Shown here: positions 45,901 through 53,942 of the stretch, piece after piece | How the letters are laid out: the number at the start of each line of letters is the position of its first letter | Position numbering within the stretch: position 1 is the stretch's first letter | Assembly: GCA_024231855.1 (NCBI GenBank) | Contig: JAAEQD010000016.1 | Location: 9,306 to 73,305, forward strand | Reading direction: 5' to 3' | Length of the DNA: 64,000 nucleotides | Origin: Candidatus Zixiibacteriota bacterium | GTDB lineage: Bacteria; Zixibacteria; MSB-5A5; UBA10806; 4484-95 | Position numbers and translations under genes: made by a program | The notes under the pieces: model-generated | Seen by the model: the letters and a program-made list of their open reading frames with translations, nothing else | Database searches by the model: none | What the model was told of the DNA's origin: nothing

Positions 45901-47043
45901 GAAGCTGCTATGAAACATTGCGGCCAGGATGCCGAAGCTATGCCGGAATCCGATGAATTGACAGTAGAACTGGGCCGAAAACATACCAACGGCAAAGAGT
46001 GCTATCCGGCTGTCCTGACAACCGGTGACATGTTGAAGCTGATTCAAACGCCCGGTTTTGATATCGATAAATCGGCGTTCTTCATGCCTTCCGCGGGGGG
46101 ACCTTGCCGTTTTGGGCAATATCACAGATTGCATCGCAGAATACTCGATAGACTTGGCTATGGCGGCATTCCCATATTTACGCCCGACTCCGAAGATTCG
46201 TATGGCAATTTCCCCGGCATGGGCAAAGGTTTCAGGAAGTTGGCCTGGCAAGGCTTTGTCTTTGGCGATCACCTGTTCAAACTATACATGGCTTCCAGAA
46301 CAAGAGCATCGGATATTTCTCAAGCGGATAGCATACTGGATGAAGGTATGAAAGCGGCGTACCTGGATGTCGTAGAGGGTGGAAATAGGCTGCCGGAAAT
46401 TTTGTACGAGAGTTCTCGCCTATTTGCCAATCTCGATAACGGCCGGCAACCGAGAGTCAAAATCGGAGTTGTCGGCGAAATATATATTCGCAATAATCGA
46501 TTTGCCAATAACAACCTGATCTCAAAACTCGAGAAATACGGGGCAGAGGTATTTCTGGCTACGTTTACGGAGTGGATCAGCTATACGACCTATATGTATA
46601 AAATGACCAGCGCTTTGCGGCGGCAATACGTCAATCTGGCAAAAGCCCATTTGCTTGATTTTATCCAGAAACGAGAAGAACATAGAATCACAAAGCCGGT
46701 GCATAATATGCTAAACGGTAACGCCGAAAAACCGGTTGATGATGTGATTAAATGTGCCTCGCCGTATTTAAACCACTCAATCGGTGGCGAAGCGATATTA
46801 TCAATCGGTAAAGCGTTTGATTATGTAAACTCCGGCTGCGCGGGTATTGTTAATTGCATGCCGTTTACCTGTATGCCCGGCAATATCGTTCAAGCTTTAT
46901 CGGTAGGCGCGCGTGAAGATATGAATTATGTGCCCTGGTTGAATATTGCCTACGAAGGACCGGGAGATCCGACCGAGGATTTAAAAATCGAAGCCTTTGT
47001 GGATCAAGCCGAGCAATGGCAGAAAAAGTATGGAAAAATATAA
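42919..47043 (+). CDS. Fusion protein: two BcrAD/BadFG-type activase ATPase modules + 2-hydroxyacyl-CoA dehydratase-component-like region (CoA-substrate-specific enzyme activase family)
   Basis: Module 1: DIGSISISIAG, LCAAGTGSFLDQQA, GRCSVFAKSDMIH. Module 2: DIGSLSTNLAV, ACAAGTGSFLQEQA, GERCTVFIESDIISH. These are followed by a Cys-rich linker (CEDCANVC) and about 700 aa of dehydratase-like sequence. Confidence 0.8.
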   Translation: MKFIGIDIGSISISIAGIDRSKNILFTDYFRHQGAPESALKKYLAGINLPAFDGIAFTGTGGNKPADILGCSYINEIIATAAALAEYSPKTKSAIEMGGQGSKYFHLSGDSLVDFATSGLCAAGTGSFLDQQAARLRVEIDQEFGNLALKSESPPHIAGRCSVFAKSDMIHHQQIGTSDYDIIAGLCYAVTRNFKGTILQKKKLSKPVAFIGGVALNQGVIKAFKDELELKDDELIIPDNCLYYSALGAAIKAFEKQEKSAAGRFKVTLLDRKIVLKRGGEQLEYKNPDTKHYDITSHQPEITSTVGYLGVDIGSLSTNLAVIDPDGKVMARRYLMTEGRPIKTVQRGLREIAGELDGKVEITGVGTTGSGRYLIGDLLGADIVRNEITAQARAAVFFDSDVDTIFEIGGQDSKFISLDNGTVIDFEMNKACAAGTGSFLQEQAERLDISIEEQFGKMALKSGCPVGCGERCTVFIESDIISHQQQGAPRQDLVAGLAYSIVNNYLNKVVGNRRIGNRIFFQGGVAWNKGVVAAFEKVTGKKIIIPPHHDITGAIGAALLALEYNRNDTYFKGFGVADIEFKQESFVCEDCANVCTIRKIIGTGGKELYYGSRCEKYDAEEKTSDSGDSNNPVAWRNRLMFSYGRKKHEMPKGVIGLPRLLSNWALWPLWATFFNELGYKVMGSAPTNNTIIREGSEIVGSETCFPIKVAHGHILNLLQRQVDFIFLPSIINLEAHKDEKLESYLCPYVQSIPYLVKSVIGGRFKKQKLINPSIYLGYGQKLLERQAAQLGKSIGCSKRKAIKAIRIAQKAQAEFNIKLREKGQEYLSRPDIKKLVMVGRPYNTCDPGLNLELPKKINKLGALAIPPEMVPVDNIPIKDVYWHFGKSILRIADYIKSRDDTYPVYITNFGCGPDSFISHDFRDVLGDKPYLTLELDEHSADAGLITRCEAFLDSISSSKRCFRDYPKAAPEFVKRINSGRKLYIPPMCDLAMIFEAAMKHCGQDAEAMPESDELTVELGRKHTNGKECYPAVLTTGDMLKLIQTPGFDIDKSAFFMPSAGGPCRFGQYHRLHRRILDRLGYGGIPIFTPDSEDSYGNFPGMGKGFRKLAWQGFVFGDHLFKLYMASRTRASDISQADSILDEGMKAAYLDVVEGGNRLPEILYESSRLFANLDNGRQPRVKIGVVGEIYIRNNRFANNNLISKLEKYGAEVFLATFTEWISYTTYMYKMTSALRRQYVNLAKAHLLDFIQKREEHRITKPVHNMLNGNAEKPVDDVIKCASPYLNHSIGGEAILSIGKAFDYVNSGCAGIVNCMPFTCMPGNIVQALSVGAREDMNYVPWLNIAYEGPGDPTEDLKIEAFVDQAEQWQKKYGKI

Positions 47044-47342
47044 CTAGTAATTCGTTTACCCTGGTTAAGTGTAACGACAGTTCTAAAAAGATAACTACTC
47101 TATTTTTTGGGCTTATAATAAAGATTTGGCGGCCCTCCTTAAGTCAATAAATTATAGATTAATAAGTATATATTTAATTTACTTGACACTAATTATATAT
47201 ATGATATTTGTCATAAAAGATATTCACGATGTTTCAAGTGTTAACATGGTGTTATCTTGTCGTTATTCTTTTTAAGGCAAATTGCCGGGTTTCATCTATA
47301 ACCTTAATGGTATGTCGATATATGTTAATAAGAAAATAAAGG

Positions 47343-48515
47343 GTGAATTATATGCATCTTGAAAAATTGAATTTTGGCTATAAGTTAATTTCCAATACCA
47401 GGGCCGCTAATATTTCTAATAAGAGAAATTCTGCGGATCAGCCAGGCGAAAACGCCTTGGAGTTGATTAAAAGATTAAGAAATATGTTCAAATCCTTTTT
47501 TCCCGTGTCTGAATGCAATATTTCTCTACATTACGAAGATAATATAGTTAAAAACATCAGCCCTAAGAATGGATGTATTGATACCGACTTAAAAAACGAT
47601 ATTGTTATTCCGCTGAAATATGGCAATAATATTGTAGCCTTTATGAAAGTAACTGCCGAGGAGAAGCTTTCGGAGAAACACCTGGCGAAGATAAACATGC
47701 TGGCGGATCTTTTTGCTTTCTTAATTTATCATCATCTGTCAGCCCATCATTTGCATAAAGAGTTGCTTCAATCAAAAAAACATCAACCTGATAATAGTAG
47801 TAAAGAGATACCTGACATCAGGATTTTTCATGAAGAGAAAATTAGGGCTTTGCAGCAATTAGCCGGGGGATTGGCGCATGAATTGAATAACCTTCTAGGC
47901 GGTATTTTAGGCGTAGCGGAATTCGCCATGTCCAGTAATAAGGCCGAGGATGTAACCTACGCTTTGGAAAATATCCAAATTGCCGGTGAGAGGGCCAGCG
48001 AAATAGTCAATAATCTCTTTAAATTCAGTGGCAATCTGCTACCCGAGAAAAAATTTAGCCAACTACATAAAATCATCGATAGCGCGCTTGAAACACTGGC
48101 TGAAGAGATTGATGGAAGTGGGATTATAGTAAATAAATCATATCTGGCCGCTCCTGAAATGCATTTGGATTTCGAAATGATAAAAAATGCCCTCCAATGT
48201 CTAATTCAAAACGCGTTAGATAAAATGCAGTCGAAAGAAATTCTGAAACTAACTCTTGAGACCAACGATAAATTTGCTATTATTCAGATAGAGGACCCCG
48301 GGCCGGGGATACCGGATGAGGAAACGCTTGAAATATTCGAGCCTTTTTATAGTACAAAAGGTATTCTGGCAGGCGGCAAAGCCGGTAATCTTGGCCTTGG
48401 GCTGTCAGTAGCCTATGGTATAATTACCGCCCATGACGGCGATCTGGAGGCAAGCCAAACAGATGATGGCGGGCAGCTATTTACAATAAAACTTCCATAT
48501 AATACTTATCTTTAA
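47343..48515 (+). CDS. Cytoplasmic sensor histidine kinase (no TM segment, no adjacent response regulator)
   Basis: H-box GGLAHELNNLLGGILG, N-box LIQNALDK, G-boxes EDPGPGIP and GLGLSVAYGI. GTG at 47343, or ATG at 47352 with a better SD spacing. Confidence 0.8.
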   Translation: MNYMHLEKLNFGYKLISNTRAANISNKRNSADQPGENALELIKRLRNMFKSFFPVSECNISLHYEDNIVKNISPKNGCIDTDLKNDIVIPLKYGNNIVAFMKVTAEEKLSEKHLAKINMLADLFAFLIYHHLSAHHLHKELLQSKKHQPDNSSKEIPDIRIFHEEKIRALQQLAGGLAHELNNLLGGILGVAEFAMSSNKAEDVTYALENIQIAGERASEIVNNLFKFSGNLLPEKKFSQLHKIIDSALETLAEEIDGSGIIVNKSYLAAPEMHLDFEMIKNALQCLIQNALDKMQSKEILKLTLETNDKFAIIQIEDPGPGIPDEETLEIFEPFYSTKGILAGGKAGNLGLGLSVAYGIITAHDGDLEASQTDDGGQLFTIKLPYNTYL

Positions 48516-48686
48516 TCCCATTTTTATCTTGTTAAAAAACATAATATCAGGCTTGAACTTTGCGGATAATAAGGGGCTAAGTCGTTATTAAACATGCGGA
48601 TCATGCACTTCCGTATAAAAGCCTTGATTTTCAATGGATATCGAAATAAAATTGATGGAATAGAAATTAATTAGAAACGTAATAAT

Positions 48687-49268
48687 TTGGAAGAGAAAGA
48701 TTTAAAAATAAATGGCCAAATCCCTGACCGGGACGTAATTGAGCTAATGGAGAAATTCGCGTCAGGCGATAAAAAGGTATTTTCGGCTATTATGAAAAAA
48801 TTCCGTAACAAATCACTGAATTTCGCATATCGTTATCTGGGTGATTTCGATGAAGCCGAAGATGCCACACAGGATTGTTTCGTGAAAATTTACTTCAACT
48901 GCCACAAATTCGACCCATCCCGGCCTTTCGAGCCGTGGTTTTATAGTGTGTTGGCGAATTGTTGCCGCGATCGATTGCGACGCCGGAATCGATTCGCTGA
49001 TTTTATTGAGCGACTAAAATTGTCCAGAAGTTGGGAATCATCTCCGGATACGACGATTGATAGAGATTACGCCGGACTTTTCAACAAAGCGCTTCAAAGG
49101 CTTACTCCGGCAAAAAGGGAAATAATCGCTTTGCGATTTACACAGGATATGAGTTATCAGGAGATTGCGGGCGCGCTTGGCATAAGCCAGGGTACAGTGA
49201 TGTCTCGTTTATTCAGGGCAAAAAAAGACCTTGAGAATATTCTTAAGGGAATGGGAGTTTCCAAGTAA
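48687..49268 (+). CDS. RNA polymerase sigma-70 factor, ECF subfamily
   Basis: TTG start. Region 2 DEAEDATQDCFVKIY. Region 4 HTH MSYQEIAGALGISQGTVMSRLFRAKKDL. Confidence 0.8.
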   Translation: MEEKDLKINGQIPDRDVIELMEKFASGDKKVFSAIMKKFRNKSLNFAYRYLGDFDEAEDATQDCFVKIYFNCHKFDPSRPFEPWFYSVLANCCRDRLRRRNRFADFIERLKLSRSWESSPDTTIDRDYAGLFNKALQRLTPAKREIIALRFTQDMSYQEIAGALGISQGTVMSRLFRAKKDLENILKGMGVSK

Positions 49269-50299
49269 TGGATTGCCGGAATTTCGAAATTAGACTCTGG
49301 GAACATCCTCATCGGCATAGAGATATTGATCGATTACCCCTGGATTTGTCCGAACATATCGATTCGTGTGGCAAATGTCGCCAACTTTATCAGCAATACC
49401 TGAATGTGGCTGATCTCGCTTCAAAAAGCGAAATAGTTAAGACCGAAGGCTATTGGCAAAAATTCGAGGATAATGTTTGGGATAAAATCGAACAAATTGA
49501 AAACGCGCCGGGGCTCGAATCGGATTCAGTTGATAAACCGGTTCTGCGTGGCACCAGAACATCGATGACTCTCGAGCATCTTTTTACTTCCATAAGCGTT
49601 GCCGTTACCGCTGTTGTCTTAATGTTTATGGCCGTTTCCGATATTACTCAAAGAACTGATCACCCGATACCGCGGGTAGGTGGTGAAAAGGCTCATAACA
49701 TGATAGGAAATATGCCTTCTCCACATTCTCAAGCTTTGCCACCAAGCATAAACGTCCTACTAAACCGGTCTTTAGACGGCAAATTCGATCTTGGACAATA
49801 CTCAATACTACCTCAGCCTGAGACAAAAGTCGTTTCCGATGAAACCCTGACCACTATCGAATCAGCGTTTTTAACGGATGAAGGGCTCGAGGATAAAAAC
49901 ATCGAGGTTAATAAGGCGAATATCAATGGTATTGTCATTAAAACCGAGAAGGTAGACCACTCATTCGCGAAAATGCAGGCGCTCACGGAAGAAGCGAAAC
50001 CATCGGAATGGATTATTTCAGTTGAGAAGATGCCGAAAATGATTAAAGCGGTGCCTCCTGATTATCCCATGGGTGCCTTTGGCATGAATACAGGTGGCGA
50101 AGTTTGGATTAAGGCGTATATTGACGCCAGGGGCAAAGTAGAATACGCGGAGATATATGATTCCTCCGGAACCAATTTTGGCTTTGAGGAGGCTGCCCTT
50201 GAAGCCGCAAAAAAGAACGAATTCGAGCCATTTGAAATTGATGGCGAGAACCATCCAATATGGGTAATTTATAAAGTGAGTTTCGTTGCCAAGGAATAA
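49268..50299 (+). CDS. Anti-sigma factor (zf-HC2-like N-terminus, one TM) fused to a TonB C-terminal-like domain
   Basis: TAATG overlap with the sigma gene. N-terminal C...H...C..C pattern (CRNFEIRLWEH...HIDSCGKCRQ). TM segment LFTSISVAVTAVVLMFMAV. C-terminal PPDYPMGAFGMNTGGEVWIKAYIDARGKV...FEEAALEAAKKNEFEP. Confidence 0.7.
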   Translation: MDCRNFEIRLWEHPHRHRDIDRLPLDLSEHIDSCGKCRQLYQQYLNVADLASKSEIVKTEGYWQKFEDNVWDKIEQIENAPGLESDSVDKPVLRGTRTSMTLEHLFTSISVAVTAVVLMFMAVSDITQRTDHPIPRVGGEKAHNMIGNMPSPHSQALPPSINVLLNRSLDGKFDLGQYSILPQPETKVVSDETLTTIESAFLTDEGLEDKNIEVNKANINGIVIKTEKVDHSFAKMQALTEEAKPSEWIISVEKMPKMIKAVPPDYPMGAFGMNTGGEVWIKAYIDARGKVEYAEIYDSSGTNFGFEEAALEAAKKNEFEPFEIDGENHPIWVIYKVSFVAKE

Positions 50300-50346
50300 T
50301 CTATATCATCATTAGTTTTAATCGATCTTGGCAGGTATGTGATGAA

Positions 50347-50380
50347 AATAAAAAAGCCCTTACATCATGCAAGGGCTTTG
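50347..50380. terminator. Bidirectional intrinsic terminator hairpin (AGCCCTT-acatcatgc-AAGGGCT) flanked by an A-run and a T-run
   Basis: On the minus strand the stem is followed by TTTTTTATTTT. On the plus strand a weaker TTT follows. Confidence 0.6.
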
Positions 50381-50383
50381 AGT

Positions 50384-50452
50384 GCTGTGAGACCTTGGTC
50401 GAAGTGATCCTCTGGAGGGGGAAGAGGACCGACCGCTCCTATGGCCCACAGC
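50384..50452. other. Long imperfect hairpin (about 69 nt) of unknown function
   Basis: GCTGTG...GGTCG...CCTCT-loop-AGAGG...CGACC...CACAGC nested pairing, immediately adjacent to the terminator. Confidence 0.35.
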
Positions 50453-50820
50453 GTCAATTTTGACGATTGAAGCTTGTTCTCGTCTTTATTTTCCTAAATT
50501 CATAGCCATAGATTATTTCATTCACCGCCCATATCAAGTATCGTAATCCTCGTTAATCATAACAGGTACTACTGCACTACACCCCAGCCACAATAATATA
50601 AGCTTTAGCCTATCTATTGTCAAGAGTAGTTTTCTCATCTTTGCCAATTGGCGATTATTTAGTATTTTCAATTTTCTCTTTCAGCCATTTAGCTTCAAAG
50701 GCTTTTTTAAACCTGTCTAATCTTTCTTTGCTGATGCTACCGGGCTTTTCATTTTCGACTGAGCCGGTTTCATTCAGATCATTTTGCGATGACGACACCG
50801 TTACCTCCGTTATGCTATAA

Positions 50821-52629
50821 CTATTTCAACAACACCATCTTGCGATACAGTCCAATATTATCTATTTTTAGCTCACAAAGATATATTCCCGAGCTGACAT
50901 CGTTCTCATAATTATCACGGCCATTCCATTCCACTTTATGACTGCCTGCTTCCAACTTGTCAGTATTAAGAGTTTTTATCAATCTCCCGGTGATATCAAA
51001 AACCGTAATCTCCACCCGGGCTGATTGATGTAAGTTGAAGCTAATAGCAGTCTTAGAGTTAAATGGATTGGGATAATTATGGTGTAGTTCTGCTATATTG
51101 GGTATTATAAATTCCTGATCCTCAATAAATTGTGGGACTCCGATGGCTACATCGGCTGTCATTGTAGATGCAGAATTACTGATACTGGAAATAGATACGT
51201 TTGTAGCTGCTCCCGCATAATCGTTAGAATTCGGACTGCTCGAGACATCAAAAGTCCTGTTAACCGTCGAGCCGGGATAAGAATCACCACTATTACCGCG
51301 ATTGATATTATGCTCCATCTGCCATAGATTATCCGCCTGCGCCAGGCCGACGAGATAGTGAGAACCCCCGGAGCCTGGCCACCATTCGCTGGTGTTAGTG
51401 CCAATATTATCATCGATATGCCAAATTAGCAGGCCATTGCCGGGAATATAGGTATCATAGCCGGTTTGCTGCCTGTTTTCTATTAAGAAATATTCATTGG
51501 CCGGGCTTCCATTTGTCCAGAGTTTGAATACTGTTTGATTAGTTTCTACGGCAGGGATCGATAATCCGCTTTGATCAGTGGCTATATTATTAGGGGTGAC
51601 AAATCCGAGTTGGATTTTACTCCAGGCATCCGGATGAGCCGGTGAATTGCCCAGGGTTCCGTTCCAACTGCCACCTGCCATCAAACTCCAGTTGCCGATA
51701 CCCTCAGATGAATTATCAGTATCATAAAGATCGGGTAAACCGAAAACATGTCCAAGCTCATGGCAATAAACACCGCAGGTTATATCGCCGACAGATGACC
51801 AGTATTCCGGCTGCATCGAATAGGTACTGATATATACGCCGTCTTTAAGTCGCGGAGAAATTCCCCATTTATGAGACCAGATATCGTTGTTCGAACTTGT
51901 AAATTCCGCGCCCGGACCGGCATGGACAATAACCAGGCCATCCACGTACCCGTCAGTATCATTATCGTACTGAGAAAAATTGACGAAGGGATCGACCGCG
52001 TCAACGATATCCTCCGTTAGTTTCTGAGCATTTTGAGGATAAGATCCAAAACCGTTCTGTCCATTGACATAATAAGCGTATGTCTGAGGCGCCCGGGTCC
52101 AGCCCAGTGATGACGGTAATACTACCGTGGTTATAATCAGGTTGTTATATGAAACCTCTTTAAAATAATTTACGACACTTCCGCTTATATCGACATACAT
52201 GAGCGTATCAAAAGAAATAGCCGGCGCCTGAGAGATTTTATCAGAGAAATCGACCAACACGGTAAGGATATTTAAGCTGCCGGAAACGGCGGTTTTGGCT
52301 AAACCGTCTTGTTCGTGCCTGGTAAGAACATCCCCCGGCGCGTTTAGGCCCTGGCTAATTAGGGCGGCCTTGTTATTAAGGTAAAACGATTCGGAAAACT
52401 TGCCCGCCCCGACCTTGCTGAATTTGCCATCCCCATAATATGGGGGCATCGCGTTTGCCCCGGATACCAGAATAAGACCTATGACAATTGCCAGCAATGT
52501 TGTCACCGGCATCAAGGATATTCTTGGACATCCGCGATTAGTTTGCCTGGTTTTACGGGAAATGCTCGGCAAAGCCGGCAAGTTATCCTTGCCGGCGGCC
52601 GTTTTATTCGTGCTTTTCATGTATGCCAT
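50821..52629 (-). CDS. M6 (immune inhibitor A-like) metallopeptidase with T9SS-type C-terminal sorting domain
   Basis: HELGHVFGLPDLYD zinc motif. C-terminal ~88 aa: NYPNPFNSKTAISFNL...VFDITGRLIKTL...GIYLCELK. Confidence 0.8.
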   Translation of the reverse strand: MAYMKSTNKTAAGKDNLPALPSISRKTRQTNRGCPRISLMPVTTLLAIVIGLILVSGANAMPPYYGDGKFSKVGAGKFSESFYLNNKAALISQGLNAPGDVLTRHEQDGLAKTAVSGSLNILTVLVDFSDKISQAPAISFDTLMYVDISGSVVNYFKEVSYNNLIITTVVLPSSLGWTRAPQTYAYYVNGQNGFGSYPQNAQKLTEDIVDAVDPFVNFSQYDNDTDGYVDGLVIVHAGPGAEFTSSNNDIWSHKWGISPRLKDGVYISTYSMQPEYWSSVGDITCGVYCHELGHVFGLPDLYDTDNSSEGIGNWSLMAGGSWNGTLGNSPAHPDAWSKIQLGFVTPNNIATDQSGLSIPAVETNQTVFKLWTNGSPANEYFLIENRQQTGYDTYIPGNGLLIWHIDDNIGTNTSEWWPGSGGSHYLVGLAQADNLWQMEHNINRGNSGDSYPGSTVNRTFDVSSSPNSNDYAGAATNVSISSISNSASTMTADVAIGVPQFIEDQEFIIPNIAELHHNYPNPFNSKTAISFNLHQSARVEITVFDITGRLIKTLNTDKLEAGSHKVEWNGRDNYENDVSSGIYLCELKIDNIGLYRKMVLLK

Positions 52630-52661
52630 ATCTTTAATTGTCCCCCATTAATTAGCTATGT

Positions 52662-53927
52662 CTAGAATCTCAAGCCCATGCCAAAGGCGAAATGAACGCC
52701 TTTCGTCTTGCTGGGACTAAACGAGCCGTTATTGGCAATGGCCATATCTATATGCATCGGACCCATGTATAGGCCGAAGCCTGTCGAATATATAGTACCT
52801 CTGTCACCGCCAAATGAGGTGCCGATACGAACCGGGAAGAAGTTAACGAGTCGATATTCCAGTCCGCCGGAAACCCTGGGTGTTATTGCCTGTGAGGCTC
52901 CCGATGAGGTGCCTTGCTCCCAATCTACGGCCCAGGTAAGCTTCTTATATGATCTGGCCAGGCCCAATTTTACGACTGTAGGCAGGGTAGAGGAAAAGCC
53001 GGGAACCGCGTAGGTTGTGTCGCTGGATTCGACTAAGGAGTCGGAATCTTCATCGGCCAGATTATCGAAGTTAATCGGCTGCATATCAAAGATGAATCGC
53101 ATCTCTTCGGTTTCATTATTCCAGTTGATCTTGGAATATATATTCTGCCAACTGGCCGAGAAAACCCAATCCTCTCTAAATACCAGAGCCACACCCAGAT
53201 CAAACGCGGTACCCTGACCGCCAAGCGATGAACGAACAATCATCTCACCATTGCCGACAAATCCTTCTTCGGTCGTCCTGACACCGCCCTGGGCATAGGT
53301 TATCTTTTCATGAGCGATACCATAAAGGTAGTGGAAAGTGGCGCCAATCGCCAACTCACCGTCGGCCCATTTCATCAATGGATGGCCATATGATATGGCG
53401 CCGTCACCGATTGCGTATGCTTCGCCGCGAGTATCGTCAAGGTTAACTTCGGATTTGACCGCGTTACCGAACAATAGAAGTTCGAATGGATCTTTATCGA
53501 AATTGACCTTTGAGGCGCCCAGGCCGCGGAAGGAAAAGGCCAGTCTGCCCACCGAGAAATTCAAGCCGGCAGCTTCGGTAAGAACATTTAATTTCAATCC
53601 TTCAGCCGGGATTTTGGCCAGGATATCGTTTTTATCGGAGTCGGTCAGAAATTGGCCGTTATATTCATTATAATCGCCTAGCGAAAAGCTGTTGTTCTTT
53701 ACGCTCAATCCAACACTTACCAGGTCAAAGCTGAAGGACTGATTCCTGGACAAGCCCAGGTTGGCCGGGTTTGTAGCGGATGCCTCGATGCCTATGCCCA
53801 AGGCCGTGTACGCGCCGCCCATCGCCATCGCCCGGGGATTAGACTCGCCCCAGGCGAACAGCGGTCCGGCTGACAGCAACGCTATTACCAGTGCCGCTCC
53901 GATTATTCTTAAGGTGATATTTTGCAT
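52662..53927 (-). CDS. Outer-membrane beta-barrel protein, PorV/PorQ (UPF0164)-like
   Basis: Signal peptide, then NPRAMAMGGAYTALGIGIEASATNPANLGL. This matches my recollection of the PorV/PorQ N-terminal signature (ARAxxMGGAxxA...NPAxL). Terminal ...GMGLRF. Confidence 0.6.
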   Translation of the reverse strand: MQNITLRIIGAALVIALLSAGPLFAWGESNPRAMAMGGAYTALGIGIEASATNPANLGLSRNQSFSFDLVSVGLSVKNNSFSLGDYNEYNGQFLTDSDKNDILAKIPAEGLKLNVLTEAAGLNFSVGRLAFSFRGLGASKVNFDKDPFELLLFGNAVKSEVNLDDTRGEAYAIGDGAISYGHPLMKWADGELAIGATFHYLYGIAHEKITYAQGGVRTTEEGFVGNGEMIVRSSLGGQGTAFDLGVALVFREDWVFSASWQNIYSKINWNNETEEMRFIFDMQPINFDNLADEDSDSLVESSDTTYAVPGFSSTLPTVVKLGLARSYKKLTWAVDWEQGTSSGASQAITPRVSGGLEYRLVNFFPVRIGTSFGGDRGTIYSTGFGLYMGPMHIDMAIANNGSFSPSKTKGVHFAFGMGLRF

Positions 53928-53942
53928 TATATATTCCTCTCC

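Noticed and set aside
50384-50452. Long hairpin as SRP (4.5S) RNA
   Set aside because: There are superficial similarities (GGTCGGTCC, CCAAGG) on the minus strand. However, the conserved GGAA-tetraloop helix 8 core (GUCCGGAAGGAAGCAGC) is absent, and the apical loop is a 9-nt C/G-rich loop.
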